A model generated the notes under the pieces. The model was not told where the DNA came from, did not search any database, and saw only the letters and a list, made by a program, of their open reading frames with translations. Positions 38,510-48,347 of a stretch of DNA of 64,000 bases are shown in pieces. The first letter of the stretch is position 1; each line of letters opens with the position of its first letter. Made by a program: the position numbers and the translations under genes. Origin of the DNA: an uncultured delta proteobacterium (GTDB lineage: Bacteria; Myxococcota; Myxococcia; Myxococcales; Myxococcaceae). The stretch covers positions 800,001-864,000 of the forward strand of contig CAVZMH010000016.1 in the NCBI GenBank assembly GCA_963776345.1, read 5' to 3'.

Positions 38510-39463
38510 TCAGTGCGCCGGGGCGTTGAGCGCGTGGCGGACGTGGCCGGTCTGCGCGTACTCCACCAGCTGCTCGGCGAGCTGGTTCGCGCAGGCGAGC
38601 TGCCCCTCCTCGGTGGAGGCGCCGAGGTGCGGGGTGCAGAGGAAGTTCTCCAGCGAGAGCAGCGGGTGGTCCGACGGCATCGGCTCGGTGGCGAAGACGT
38701 CCATCGCCGCCCCGGCCAGGGTACCGCCCCGGAGCACGGCCGCCAGCGCCGCCTCGTCCACGATGCCGCCCCGGGCGCAGTTGACGAGGTAGCTGCCCTT
38801 CTTCATCGAGCCGAGCAGCTTGCTCCCCACGAGATTTCGGGTGTTCTCCATCAGCGGCAGGTGGAGCGAAACGATGTCCGCGCGCCGGAACAGCTCGTCC
38901 ATGGGGACGATCTGCACCCCCAGCCTCCGCGACGCCTCGACCGGGTGCGGGTCGTAGGCGATGACCGTGGTGCCGAAGGCGATGCACCGCTGCGCCACCA
39001 GCTGTCCGATGCTGCCGAAGCCCACCAGCCCCACCGTCTTCCGGAAGAGCTCGTGCCCCTTGGCGAAGCGCTTCTTCTCCCACTTGCCGGACTTGGTGGT
39101 GCTGATCGCCGGGACCAGCTGGCGGTGGAGCGCGAGCATCAGCCCCATCGTCAGCTCGGCCACGGCGACCGCGTTCCCGGCCGGGGTGTTCATCACCACC
39201 ACCCCCTTCCGGGTGGCAGCCTCGAGGTCGATGTTGTCCACGCCCACCCCGGCGCGGCCGATGAGCTTCAGCCGCCCCGGGTTCTCGAGCACCTCGGCGG
39301 TGACCTTGGTCGCGCTGCGGACGGCGAGCGCGTCGTACTCGCCGACGATCGCCTTGAGGTCACCCGGCTTCAGCCCGGTCCTCACGTCCACGGTCAGGCC
39401 GGGCGCCTTCCGCAGCGTCTCCAGCCCTTCCGGCGACAGCTCGTCCGCGACCAGCACCTTCAT
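38510..39463 (-). CDS. serA: D-3-phosphoglycerate dehydrogenase-like 2-hydroxyacid dehydrogenase (short form without ACT domain)
   Basis: VRSATKV, GRAGVGVDNID, GFGSIG, NCARGG, DVF..EP, TPHLGAST.E. Confidence 0.85.
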   Translation of the reverse strand: MKVLVADELSPEGLETLRKAPGLTVDVRTGLKPGDLKAIVGEYDALAVRSATKVTAEVLENPGRLKLIGRAGVGVDNIDLEAATRKGVVVMNTPAGNAVAVAELTMGLMLALHRQLVPAISTTKSGKWEKKRFAKGHELFRKTVGLVGFGSIGQLVAQRCIAFGTTVIAYDPHPVEASRRLGVQIVPMDELFRRADIVSLHLPLMENTRNLVGSKLLGSMKKGSYLVNCARGGIVDEAALAAVLRGGTLAGAAMDVFATEPMPSDHPLLSLENFLCTPHLGASTEEGQLACANQLAEQLVEYAQTGHVRHALNAPAH

Positions 39464-39532
39464 CGTCGTGCCCTCCCTGGGGCCCCGGGGTGGGGGGCTG
39501 CACTAGCACCCCTCGACGATGCCGTTCCAGCG

Positions 39533-39898
39533 CTAGCGGCGGGTCGTTTGCCAGAGGCCCAGCATGGCGCCCGTCGGATCGATGATCACGCTGAACTTGC
39601 CCATGTCGGAGACCGGCGTGATGTCGACCGCCACCTTCGCCCCCAGCTCCTTCGCCTTCCGGGTGGCCGAGGCGAGGTCGTCGACGTTCACGTACGCCAG
39701 CCAGTGTGAGGGCACGCCCGGCGCCGGGCTGGCCATCATGCCGCCGCCGGTCCCCTCGCCGACCCCGATCATCGTGTAGGTCCCGGAACCGGGGACCGGT
39801 GCGTCCTCGAGCTTCCAGTCGAAGAGCCGGGCGTAGAAGTCCCGGGCCTTCTTGAGGTCGGTGGTCTGCAGCTCCACGTGGACGAACGGATTGGCCAT
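39533..39898 (-). CDS. VOC (glyoxalase/bleomycin resistance) family protein
   Basis: HVEL.T.D...A..FY..LF.W, WLAYV.VDD, DPTGA..GLWQ. Confidence 0.93.
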   Translation of the reverse strand: MANPFVHVELQTTDLKKARDFYARLFDWKLEDAPVPGSGTYTMIGVGEGTGGGMMASPAPGVPSHWLAYVNVDDLASATRKAKELGAKVAVDITPVSDMGKFSVIIDPTGAMLGLWQTTRR

Positions 39899-39974
39899 GG
39901 CGGTTCTCCCTGGCGGGTGGGGTGTCGGATCAGCCTCCTGCGCTCGAGGCCGGTCAAGGGCCGTTGGCTGCTCC

Positions 39975-41024
39975 TCACCCCCGCTTCACGGAGAGACCGG
40001 CTGGCCGGATGGCCAGGGTGATCAGCGAGGCGGCGGTGCAGAACGAGGTGCTGGTGATGCAGTGGTCCCCGCGCCAGGTGCCGTCCTCGCGCTGGATGCC
40101 CGCGAGCCGGGCGCGGATCGACTTGCTCCACCGCGTCCATTCCTCTCCACCCGCCCGGGCGAAGGCCTCGGTCGACAGGAGATACGAGACGTGCTCCTCG
40201 CCCCCGTAGCTGCCGAACCCACGCACGAACGCCTCGTCCGCCAGGTGCGCCCGGGCAGCCTGCGCCGGCGCCTCGGCGAGCTTGCCGGCGCGCGCTGCCG
40301 CGTCGAGCGACCCGGCAGCCTGGTACAGGGCCACCCCGGCGGAGTCGTCGGTGCGGAACGCCTTGCGCTCGCGGTCGTAGCCCCGGAGCATGTACTCCTC
40401 GGAGCGGGCCAGCGCCTGCGGAGCGACCTTCGCCCCCACGTCCTTGGCGACGTACAGCCCGTTGGCGGCGAAGGCGCTGGAGAGCACCGGGGCCCAGCCG
40501 TCCTTGGAGAAGCTGCCGTCCTCGCGCTGCAGCGCCTGGATCTTCGCCACGCACAGGTCGAGCGCGGCGCGGGTCCGCTCCCGCTCCGGCCCGGCGGGCA
40601 CTCCGGGGATGGCCTCGCCCAGGAACTGCGAGGCGAGGAAGGTGTCGATGCCGCGGCCCAGCTTGCGCTGCGGCTGCGTGCCCTCGGCCTGGATGAAGGC
40701 GTTCGGGGCCGGGGCGCGCTCCACGGCGCGGACCACGTAGAGCAGCGCACGGCGGGTGGGCTCGGTGAGCGCCTCGCCCGGCCTCGCCTTGCCGAGCCGG
40801 ATCAGCGCGATCCCCGAGAGGCTGGTGGTGGCGACGTCGGCCGGTGCGCCCGCCTCGGGCCCCCAGCCACCGTCCGCGCCCTGCGCCTGGAGCAGCCAGC
40901 GGAGAGGCCGGGGCAGGTCGGGCTCGGCCCGGGCCTCCGGCGCCTGCGGTGCGCGGGGCGGCGGCACGTCGGCCGAGGAGAGCATGGTGAGTGCGGAGAG
41001 GAGCAGCGCGGGAACGTTCGACAT
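39975..41024 (-). CDS. Secreted prenyltransferase/squalene-cyclase-repeat protein
   Basis: Signal peptide; QW-type repeats WLLQAQGADGGWG, LQREDGSF, IQREDGTW. Confidence 0.8.
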   Translation of the reverse strand: MSNVPALLLSALTMLSSADVPPPRAPQAPEARAEPDLPRPLRWLLQAQGADGGWGPEAGAPADVATTSLSGIALIRLGKARPGEALTEPTRRALLYVVRAVERAPAPNAFIQAEGTQPQRKLGRGIDTFLASQFLGEAIPGVPAGPERERTRAALDLCVAKIQALQREDGSFSKDGWAPVLSSAFAANGLYVAKDVGAKVAPQALARSEEYMLRGYDRERKAFRTDDSAGVALYQAAGSLDAAARAGKLAEAPAQAARAHLADEAFVRGFGSYGGEEHVSYLLSTEAFARAGGEEWTRWSKSIRARLAGIQREDGTWRGDHCITSTSFCTAASLITLAIRPAGLSVKRG

Positions 41025-41155
41025 CGGGGGACTCCGGGGAAAGGGGTTCCGCGGCTCGAACGCACGACCTCGCCCGCCGGATCTGCGCCCGGGGCGTTCA
41101 CGCTCGCCTGGCCCATCCCGGGCGGGGTAGCGTCCGCCCCACGGAGGGTGGGTGC

Positions 41156-41608
41156 ATGACGCGGTGGGTCCTCGCGGGCTGCTGGGTACTGGGGGCGGGG
41201 GTGATGGTGGCCGCCCGCGCGCAGCAGCCGGATCGCTCCCCGGACGTCATGCCCGCCGACCGCATCCCCAGCGACGACGAGGCCCGGCTCACCGACCGGA
41301 TGAACCGCCACGGGGTGGATCTGATCGAGCTCACCCACGCGGTGACGGTGCTCGACCGGAAGGCGATCGCCTCGACCGCGGACCGCATCCGGGCGGACAC
41401 CGCGCTCACCCTGCGGGTCGACGGAGGCGTGGTGAAGAACACGCGCTTCCAGCAGCTCGACCAGCAGCTCCGCGAGCGGGTGACGGAGCTGGCCACCGCC
41501 GCGCGCCGGTACGACGACGCCGCGCTCGCCCCGGCGTTCGGGCGGACGATGGAGACGTGCGTGCGCTGCCACGTCTCGTACCTCCACCGGGGCACCAAAC
41601 CCCGCTGA
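41156..41608 (+). CDS. Periplasmic class II (c'-like) cytochrome c
   Basis: Signal peptide, helical body, single C-terminal CVRCH. Confidence 0.8.
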   Translation: MTRWVLAGCWVLGAGVMVAARAQQPDRSPDVMPADRIPSDDEARLTDRMNRHGVDLIELTHAVTVLDRKAIASTADRIRADTALTLRVDGGVVKNTRFQQLDQQLRERVTELATAARRYDDAALAPAFGRTMETCVRCHVSYLHRGTKPR

Positions 41609-41655
41609 GGCGGGGCTGCCATTCCGGGGCGGATCGCGATAGGTCTCGATGGACC

Positions 41656-42612
41656 GTGCGCAGATCCGCGGCGCTCCTCGCGCTCCTCGTCTCCTTCGCG
41701 GCCGCCGCCGCGCCCTCGCTGGAGCTGTTGCCCTCCCGGGTGAAGCCCGGGGACCCGGTGCTGGTCGTGGTCCGGGGCGTGGACGGCGTCCCCGAGGGCA
41801 CGGTGGGCACGCGATCCGCGGCGTTCTACGCCCGCGGCCCCGGGGCGGAGGCGCTGGTGGGCATCCCGGTGGAGCAGGAGCCCGGGATCGTCGAGGTGCG
41901 AGTCACGGCGGGCTCGCTCACACTCGGGGCGCCGCTGGAGGTGCTGCCGCCCGAGTTTCCCGAGCGGAAGCTCAGCGTGGCCAGCCGGTTCGTGAAGATC
42001 CCGGCCTCGGCGCGGGCGCGGATCAAGGCCGACCAGGCCGCATACCAGAAGGCGTGGGCCACGCCGTTCCGCCCCCGCGCCTTCTCCGACAACTTCCAGA
42101 AGCCGCGGGACTCGCAGATCACCGCCCACTACGGCGACAAGCGCACGCTGAACGGGAAGAAGACCACCCAGCACTACGGGCTCGACCTCGACGGCTCGAC
42201 CGGCGACGAGATCCGCGCGGCGAACGACGGCCGGGTGGTGATGGTCCGCGACTGCTACACCTCGGGGAACACCGTTCTGATCGACCACGGTGCGGGGCTG
42301 ATCACCGCGTACTTCCATCTGTCGAGGTTCCTGGTGAAGGCTGGCCAGGAGGTGCGGCGCGGGCAGCTCCTCGGGCTGGTGGGGAAGACCGGCCGGGTGA
42401 CCGGTCCGCACCTGCACTTCGGCGCGCACGTCGAGACCCTCTGGGTGAACCCCCAGGCGCTGCTCGCCCTACCCTTCCCGGGCGCGGCCTCGCCGCCCTC
42501 CACCTTTCCTCCGCCCGAGCTCCCCGACGGGGGAACTCCGGAGGGAGCCACGGAGCTCCAGCCTGGTCCCGACGGAAGCGGGCCGGCCCTGCCCTCGGGA
42601 CCGGCGCGCTGA
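41656..42612 (+). CDS. M23 family metallopeptidase
   Basis: Signal peptide; HYGLD, GNTVLIDHG, YFHLS, TGPHLHF. Confidence 0.95.
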   Translation: MRRSAALLALLVSFAAAAAPSLELLPSRVKPGDPVLVVVRGVDGVPEGTVGTRSAAFYARGPGAEALVGIPVEQEPGIVEVRVTAGSLTLGAPLEVLPPEFPERKLSVASRFVKIPASARARIKADQAAYQKAWATPFRPRAFSDNFQKPRDSQITAHYGDKRTLNGKKTTQHYGLDLDGSTGDEIRAANDGRVVMVRDCYTSGNTVLIDHGAGLITAYFHLSRFLVKAGQEVRRGQLLGLVGKTGRVTGPHLHFGAHVETLWVNPQALLALPFPGAASPPSTFPPPELPDGGTPEGATELQPGPDGSGPALPSGPAR

Positions 42613-42636
42613 CCCTGGCCGCAGAGGCGGCAGCGA

Positions 42637-43527
42637 CTACCAGGCCTGGGGAAGACCGAGCGCCTTCCGCGCCTCGTCCGGGCTCATCGGCTCGCGACCG
42701 ACGTCGCGGGCCATCCGGACCGCTTTCTCCACCAGGGGTCCGTTGCCCTTCGCCATCTCGGTGCCGGCGGAGTCCAGGTAGAAGTTGTCCTCGAGCCCGA
42801 CCCGGACGTTCCCGCCCAGCGCCAGGGCCGCGCCCACCAGCCGCCACTGCGGCCGGCCGATGCCGATGACCTCCCAGGTGTCCTCGCGCCCGATGGACCG
42901 GGCCATCGTGGCGAGCGTCTCGGCCGAGGGCGGCGCGCCGCCCAGCACCCCGAGGATGAAGCTGTACTGCAGCGGCCGCTTCAGCGCGCCCATCTGGAGC
43001 AGCGGCTCGGCGTTGGCCACGTGCCCGAGGTCGAAGCACTCCAGCTCCGGCTTCACCCCACCCTCGCGCATCGCATGGGCGGCGAGGAGGATGTCCCCGA
43101 ACGGGTTGGGGAACACCATGTCGAAGACGAATGCCTTCCGGCCGGCGGAGTACTTGGCGTAGTTCATCGACCCCATGTTGAGCGCCGCCATCTCCGGCCG
43201 CGTCTTCCACACGTAGCCCAGCCGCTCGCTCTTCTCCGCCTCGCTCTCGGCGCCCATGTTGAAGCCGCCGGTGGAGAAGTTGACGATGATCGGCGAGCGC
43301 GCCTGCACTTCGCGCTTGATGTCGGCGTAGGTCTCGGCCGACCAGGTGGGGCCTCCGTCGGGCGCGCGGCCGTGGATGTGCACCGCCGCCGCCCCGGCCT
43401 CGTAGGCGCGACGGGCCTCCTCGCCGATCTCCGCCGGGGTGTACGGGAGGTAGGGGCACTGCTCGCGGGTGGCGAGCACGCCGGTGAGCGCGGCGGTGAC
43501 GACGACCCTATCTGGTGGCGGTGCCAT
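42637..43527 (-). CDS. Beta-keto acid cleavage enzyme (BKACE/DUF849, Kce family)
   Basis: VTAALTG, P.TP.EI, VHIHGR, STGG, PELECFD.GH, RVGLEDN. Confidence 0.95.
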   Translation of the reverse strand: MAPPPDRVVVTAALTGVLATREQCPYLPYTPAEIGEEARRAYEAGAAAVHIHGRAPDGGPTWSAETYADIKREVQARSPIIVNFSTGGFNMGAESEAEKSERLGYVWKTRPEMAALNMGSMNYAKYSAGRKAFVFDMVFPNPFGDILLAAHAMREGGVKPELECFDLGHVANAEPLLQMGALKRPLQYSFILGVLGGAPPSAETLATMARSIGREDTWEVIGIGRPQWRLVGAALALGGNVRVGLEDNFYLDSAGTEMAKGNGPLVEKAVRMARDVGREPMSPDEARKALGLPQAW

Positions 43528-43529
43528 CG

Positions 43530-44309
43530 CTATCGATCCTTCCAGCTGGGCGGGCGGCGCTCGAGGAAGGCCGAGATGCCCTCCGCTGCGTCCTCCGCCC
43601 CGAGGTTCAGCGAGAGCTGTCCGGCGAGGAAGTCCATCGCCTGCGGCAGCGACATGTCGTCGGCGCTCCGGAACGCGGACTTGCCGAGCGCGAGGATGGC
43701 CCGGCTCTTCCCGGCGACGCGGGCCGCGAGCGCGCGGGTGGCCGTGTCCAGCTCGGCGCGCGGCACCACCCGGTTCAGGAGCCCCCAGCGGAGCGCCTCC
43801 TCGGCCTTCAGCCGGTCGCCGGTGAGCAGCAGCTCCAGGGCGCGCTTGCGCCCCACGTGCCGCTGCAGCCAGGCGAGGACCATCATCGGGAAGAGCCCCA
43901 CGTCGATCTCCGGCGTCCCGAGCTCGGCCGAGTCGACCGCGACGGCCAGGTCGCAGGCGAGCACCAACCCCAGGCCGCCGCCGAGCGCGTGGCCGTTCAC
44001 CCGGGCCACGGTGGGGAGCGGCGAGGCGGCGAGCGCCTCGAGCAGCGCTCCGTAGTTGCGGCGGAGGACGTGGCCGGCGAGAGCCCCTTCCACTGGCGCG
44101 GCCCCCAGGTCGCCGCCGGCCGAGAACACGCGGTCCCCGGCGCCGGTGAGGACCACGACCCGCACCGCCGGGTCGGCCTCGGCGCGAGCCAGCGCGGCGC
44201 GGAGCGCCTGCACCACCTCGGGCGAGAGCGCGTTGCGCGCCGCCGGGCGGTCGATGGTCAGGAGCGCTTGACCGTCTTCAACCTGGGACCGGACCGGTCC
44301 TTCTTCCAT
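43530..44309 (-). CDS. Enoyl-CoA hydratase/isomerase (crotonase) family
   Basis: RP..RNAL, FSAGGDL, GHALGGG, PEIDVGLFP. Confidence 0.93.
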   Translation of the reverse strand: MEEGPVRSQVEDGQALLTIDRPAARNALSPEVVQALRAALARAEADPAVRVVVLTGAGDRVFSAGGDLGAAPVEGALAGHVLRRNYGALLEALAASPLPTVARVNGHALGGGLGLVLACDLAVAVDSAELGTPEIDVGLFPMMVLAWLQRHVGRKRALELLLTGDRLKAEEALRWGLLNRVVPRAELDTATRALAARVAGKSRAILALGKSAFRSADDMSLPQAMDFLAGQLSLNLGAEDAAEGISAFLERRPPSWKDR

Positions 44310-44947
44310 CGCGGGTCCTCCGGGACGGCGCGGGCGCCGTCCAGGAACAGGGAGGTGAGCTGCTCCTGGGCGTGCGCCAGCAGCCCCGCCTCGCGAGGGT
44401 CGAGCAGCCCCATCACGAAGCCGGTGAGGCTCATCTCCACCGAGCCGAAGAGCATCGCCGCGCAGAGCGCCGGCTCGAGCCCGGGCCGGAGCTCGCCGCG
44501 GGCGCGGGCCCGCTCGAACATGCGGGTGATCATCCCCAGCACCTCGGCGAACGCGGTGCGCCGGTTGGCCTCGCCGGCGCTGGGGCTGCGGGCGAACTCC
44601 AGCACCAGCACCCGCACGCCGCGCGGGTCGATGCGGTACGCCTCGAACGCCACCTGGGCGATGCGGCGGATCTTCTGCTCCAGCGGCGCGGAGGCCTCGG
44701 CGGCATCGCGGATGCGGGAGATGAAGCCGCCCCACCCGGTCTCGAAGACCAGCTGGAGCAGCTCCTCCTTGTTCCGGAAGTAGTGGTACACGAGGCCGTA
44801 GGCGACGCCGGCCTCCCGCGCCACGTCCGCGATGCGGCAGCCGTGGTAGCCCTTGCGGGCGAACACCTCGACCGCGGCCCGCAGGATGGTCTTCCGGCGG
44901 TCCTGGTCGCGCGCCTCCGCTGCAGTGCTGGCCTTGGTTCCCGCCAC
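44258..44947 (-). CDS. TetR family regulator
   Basis: ILRAA..VFA.KGYH...IADVA.EAGVA.GLVYHYF.NKEEL; overlaps the crotonase gene by 52 nt. Confidence 0.95.
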   Translation of the reverse strand: MAGTKASTAAEARDQDRRKTILRAAVEVFARKGYHGCRIADVAREAGVAYGLVYHYFRNKEELLQLVFETGWGGFISRIRDAAEASAPLEQKIRRIAQVAFEAYRIDPRGVRVLVLEFARSPSAGEANRRTAFAEVLGMITRMFERARARGELRPGLEPALCAAMLFGSVEMSLTGFVMGLLDPREAGLLAHAQEQLTSLFLDGARAVPEDPRWKKDRSGPRLKTVKRS

Positions 44948-44960
44948 GCGTCTCGCCCCT

Positions 44961-45014
44961 CGTTGACTCGAAAGTCAGCGCCGGACCCTAGGGGGCCACC
45001 GTCCGGGCGGTCAA
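44961..45014 (-). promoter_or_regulatory. tetR promoter and palindromic operator
   Basis: TTGACC-N18-TAGGGT (45014-44985, minus strand) followed by TGACT-CGAA-AGTCA (44964-44977). Confidence 0.55.
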
Positions 45015-45039
45015 GCGCGCGTCGAGCCCCGCGACCCGC

Positions 45040-45396
45040 TCAGACCGTGGCGGCCTGGGTGGCGAACATCGCCCGGGCGACGCCGAGCAGCTTCTCCACG
45101 TCCCGGCTGTCCAGGTGACGGGAGCGGACGAACTCGGAGATGGGGCGGAGGAGCTCCTCGCCGTTGGTTCCCAGGGGGGCCGGCTCGACGAACAGCTCGG
45201 CCAGGCTCACTCCCAGTGCCTCCGCGAGAGAGGCCAGCGTCTCGACGTGCGCCACGCGTTCACCGCGCTCGATCATCGAGAGGAACGACACGCTGATCTT
45301 CGCTCGCTCGGCGAGATCCTCCTGCGTCCAGCGGTCTTGCCGCTGGGTGCGGAGGTCGCGAATTCTTCGACCGATGCGTTTGCCGATGTCAGACAC
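45040..45396 (-). CDS. XRE family HTH regulator
   Basis: IG.RIR.LR..WTQEDLAE...IS..FLS.IERG. Confidence 0.93.
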   Translation of the reverse strand: MSDIGKRIGRRIRDLRTQRQDRWTQEDLAERAKISVSFLSMIERGERVAHVETLASLAEALGVSLAELFVEPAPLGTNGEELLRPISEFVRSRHLDSRDVEKLLGVARAMFATQAATV

Positions 45397-45479
45397 GGTG
45401 TCCCTCGAAGTCTGAGGACTATGACTCCGAGCAAACCTCCTGCAAAGCCCACCCGTTGTCCAGGGTCACACTCCCAGGG

Positions 45480-48320
45480 CTAGCTGGCGCCGAACGTCCC
45501 GAAGTTCTGGATGGTCAGGAGGAAGATCAGGTCCGGGAATCGCCAGTTGAAGGTGCTCCGGACGTTGGAGGCGGGGTTCTGCGGGTCGGTGACGTACTGG
45601 CCGAACGGGGGCGGCAGCCGGCCGATGACGTCCAGGCGCCAGCAGTTGCAGGCCGGGGCGAAGGAGATACCGAAGTTCTGCTGGCCGAGCAGGCTGTAGC
45701 GGCCGGTCACCGGCGCGGGCTCGACGGTCTGCGCGACCCCCACGCTGCGCGCGACCACCGGCACCGCGATGGGGGGGCTGGGGACCAGGGCGCCGTCCGG
45801 GTTGCGGAGCGTCCAGGTGGCGCCCGGGTACAGCGTTCCGGAGTAGGTGAGGCCGAGTCCCCAGACGAGGTTCACCCGCGCGTCGAGGGTGATCGCGCTC
45901 TGCCTCTGACCGTCGCGGAAGCCGACCGGCACCGGGGAGCCGACCAGCGCGTCGAGGCCCTGGCGCAGGTTCCCTGCCCCGCCATAGCGCGCCAGGTCCT
46001 CGGCGGTGATGGCCGCGGCGGGGAGGTTGCGGGCGAAGGCCCCGTACACGTCGCGGTCGAAGGCCTGCGCCGGCACGAAGAGCTGGTCGAAGCGCACCGT
46101 GGCGCCGAACCGCGGCGTCTGCACCGAGGCGAAGGCGGCCCAGAGCGCAGGGGCGCTGCGTTGGTTGTCGTACCGGAAGGTGAGCCCGGTGCTGAACGGG
46201 GCGTAGGCCGCCCGGACGCTGACCACCGTGTCCCCGAGGCCGTTGTCCTGGTGGAAGTCGAACTCCTGGGCGAGCTCGAGCCGGAGCAGCTCCTGCATCA
46301 CCGCGCCCGTGCGGCGGCTCAGCGTCTGGGTGAGGCGCGCCAGGCCCTGCCGGAGCGGCGCCTGGAAGAGCGCCCCGTCGATCTCGTCGTAGAAGCGGTT
46401 CTCCACCGGCTGGTTCGGTCCGGTGGGGCGATTGCCGGGGACCGCGCCCCACTGGCCGGGGATCTCCCGGTACTCGAGGCTGGGCTGGATGGCGTGCCGC
46501 AGCCCGTTGCCAAACGTCCGTGAGACCTCGCTCGAGACCAGGATGTCGCCGACGGCGTAGCCGCGCTGGTCCGTGTCCCGGGTGACCTCGCCGAGGTAGA
46601 GGTCCTGGCGGATCCAGACGCTGGGCCGGATGTGGAGCCAGTCCCCGAGGGCGAAGCTCCCCGAGAGGCGGGGGACGAGGTCGAGCCGGAGTCGCGCCTC
46701 GCGCTCGCCCTGCTGCCAGACGCGGTCACCCTGCGTGAGGTCGTCCTGGTAGGGGCACCATCCGCCCGCGACGCACCCCGGGACCTGCGTGGACACGAGC
46801 GGCGGCGAGGCCGGGCCGCCGTTGATCTTGTAGAGGCCGTCGATCCCCTCGTCCCCGGTGTGCCCGTTGAAGGGGGCCAGACGGGTGAAGTCGGCGGCGA
46901 GGCTCCAGCTGAGGTGCTCCCCGAGCGGACGCGACGGCAGGTCCAGGTGGACCGTCGGCAGCTGCTGCAGGGTGGCCGGCCCGCGGAGCCACTGCCCGCG
47001 CGTGGCCAGGTTGCCTGACTGATCCTGGTGCGGATCGAGCGCCGCGACCCCCGGGGGCGCCTGGACCGCGGTGGAGAGCGCGGTCGGCCAGCGGTCCCCG
47101 TCGAAGGCCGAGAAGCCACCCCAGGCGATGTCCTGGCGCGCGGTGGCGACGAACGAGAGGATGCTGTCCGGGGTGCGGCGGCTCAGCACCGCGGAGGTGC
47201 GCAGGTACTGGTTGGCCTGCTGGGCGACGTCGGTGGTGGTGTCCTTCACCAGCGCGGCGTCCGAGACCAGGTTGAGGTCGAGCCGCGCCGACCAGCCCGC
47301 GCCGAAGCTCTGCAGCACCCCTCCGTTGACGCTTCCCCGGAACCCGCGGGCCTCGTCGGTCACCCTGGACGCGCCCGCCCCGTCGAGCGACTGGGGGAAG
47401 TAGGCCAGCGACCTCGGGTCGCGCAGGGCCAGGCGGTCGTCGAGGAGGAAGAGCTCGAGGTCGCCCTTGGTGTCGCGGGAGTGCGCCCAGCGAACCTCGG
47501 TGTCGAGGCTCGGCCCCTTCACCCCGAGCGTGCCGACGTTCGGCGCCGGCTGCGTCGACGCGCCCCAGGTGTACCCGGGGGTCACCGTCAGGTCCCAGTT
47601 CGGTGCGAGCGCGAAGTACACCGGCTGGGTCACCTGCCAGCCGTTCTGGGCGCTGTGCGCCGGCGTGGTCACCAGGAGCCCCGTCTTCTGCGGCTTGAGC
47701 GGCACGTCCAGGACCGGGAGGGGGAGGATGGGCACGCCGTACACGTAGACGACCGGGAAGAAGAGCCAGGCCCGCTCGCCCGGGTACACGTCCGCCGCGG
47801 TGGCCTTGATGCTCCAGTGCGCGTCGAGCGGGTTGCAGTCGCAGGGGGTGAAGTCGAGCCCGTTGACCTTGAGGTGCCCGCGGTCCACCCGCTCCACCCG
47901 CTCGGCCCGGGCGGCGAGCGTGGTGCGGCCGGTGGCGATCAGCTGCTCGGGCGTGGAGGTCGAGAGCAGCGCCTCGGGCGTGACGTCCGCCTTCTCGAAG
48001 AAGCGTCCGTTCTCCAGCTTCAGCCAGTTGGCGTCGAGGTCGAGCGTGAGGCCGTCCGCCACTGCGCCCGAGAGCCCGTTGACGGAGTAGCAATGCCCGG
48101 TGGCGGTGACCACCCGCGTCCGCTGGTCGTAGTCGATGCGGTCGGCCTGGATGCGCGCGGTGTCGGTGCGCAGCTCGGCCTTGCCCTTCAGGTGCAGGAC
48201 CTCGCCGTGGCCGTCCGAGGTGCCCTCCTCCGCCTGGTAGCGCACCGGCTCGCCCTCCGCCGGGAGCGGCGTGGTCGAAGCCTGGGCCAGCAGGACGAGA
48301 ACGAGGCCGAGCGGAGTCAT
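45480..48320 (-). CDS. lptD: LPS assembly protein LptD
   Basis: Signal peptide, OstA-like N-domain (ADRIDYD, FTPCDC..HWSIKA, VPILPLP..KTGLL), beta-barrel with C-terminal CNCW. Confidence 0.88.
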   Translation of the reverse strand: MTPLGLVLVLLAQASTTPLPAEGEPVRYQAEEGTSDGHGEVLHLKGKAELRTDTARIQADRIDYDQRTRVVTATGHCYSVNGLSGAVADGLTLDLDANWLKLENGRFFEKADVTPEALLSTSTPEQLIATGRTTLAARAERVERVDRGHLKVNGLDFTPCDCNPLDAHWSIKATAADVYPGERAWLFFPVVYVYGVPILPLPVLDVPLKPQKTGLLVTTPAHSAQNGWQVTQPVYFALAPNWDLTVTPGYTWGASTQPAPNVGTLGVKGPSLDTEVRWAHSRDTKGDLELFLLDDRLALRDPRSLAYFPQSLDGAGASRVTDEARGFRGSVNGGVLQSFGAGWSARLDLNLVSDAALVKDTTTDVAQQANQYLRTSAVLSRRTPDSILSFVATARQDIAWGGFSAFDGDRWPTALSTAVQAPPGVAALDPHQDQSGNLATRGQWLRGPATLQQLPTVHLDLPSRPLGEHLSWSLAADFTRLAPFNGHTGDEGIDGLYKINGGPASPPLVSTQVPGCVAGGWCPYQDDLTQGDRVWQQGEREARLRLDLVPRLSGSFALGDWLHIRPSVWIRQDLYLGEVTRDTDQRGYAVGDILVSSEVSRTFGNGLRHAIQPSLEYREIPGQWGAVPGNRPTGPNQPVENRFYDEIDGALFQAPLRQGLARLTQTLSRRTGAVMQELLRLELAQEFDFHQDNGLGDTVVSVRAAYAPFSTGLTFRYDNQRSAPALWAAFASVQTPRFGATVRFDQLFVPAQAFDRDVYGAFARNLPAAAITAEDLARYGGAGNLRQGLDALVGSPVPVGFRDGQRQSAITLDARVNLVWGLGLTYSGTLYPGATWTLRNPDGALVPSPPIAVPVVARSVGVAQTVEPAPVTGRYSLLGQQNFGISFAPACNCWRLDVIGRLPPPFGQYVTDPQNPASNVRSTFNWRFPDLIFLLTIQNFGTFGAS

Positions 48321-48347
48321 CGCGGGGCTGGAGCCGCCCCGACCGGC

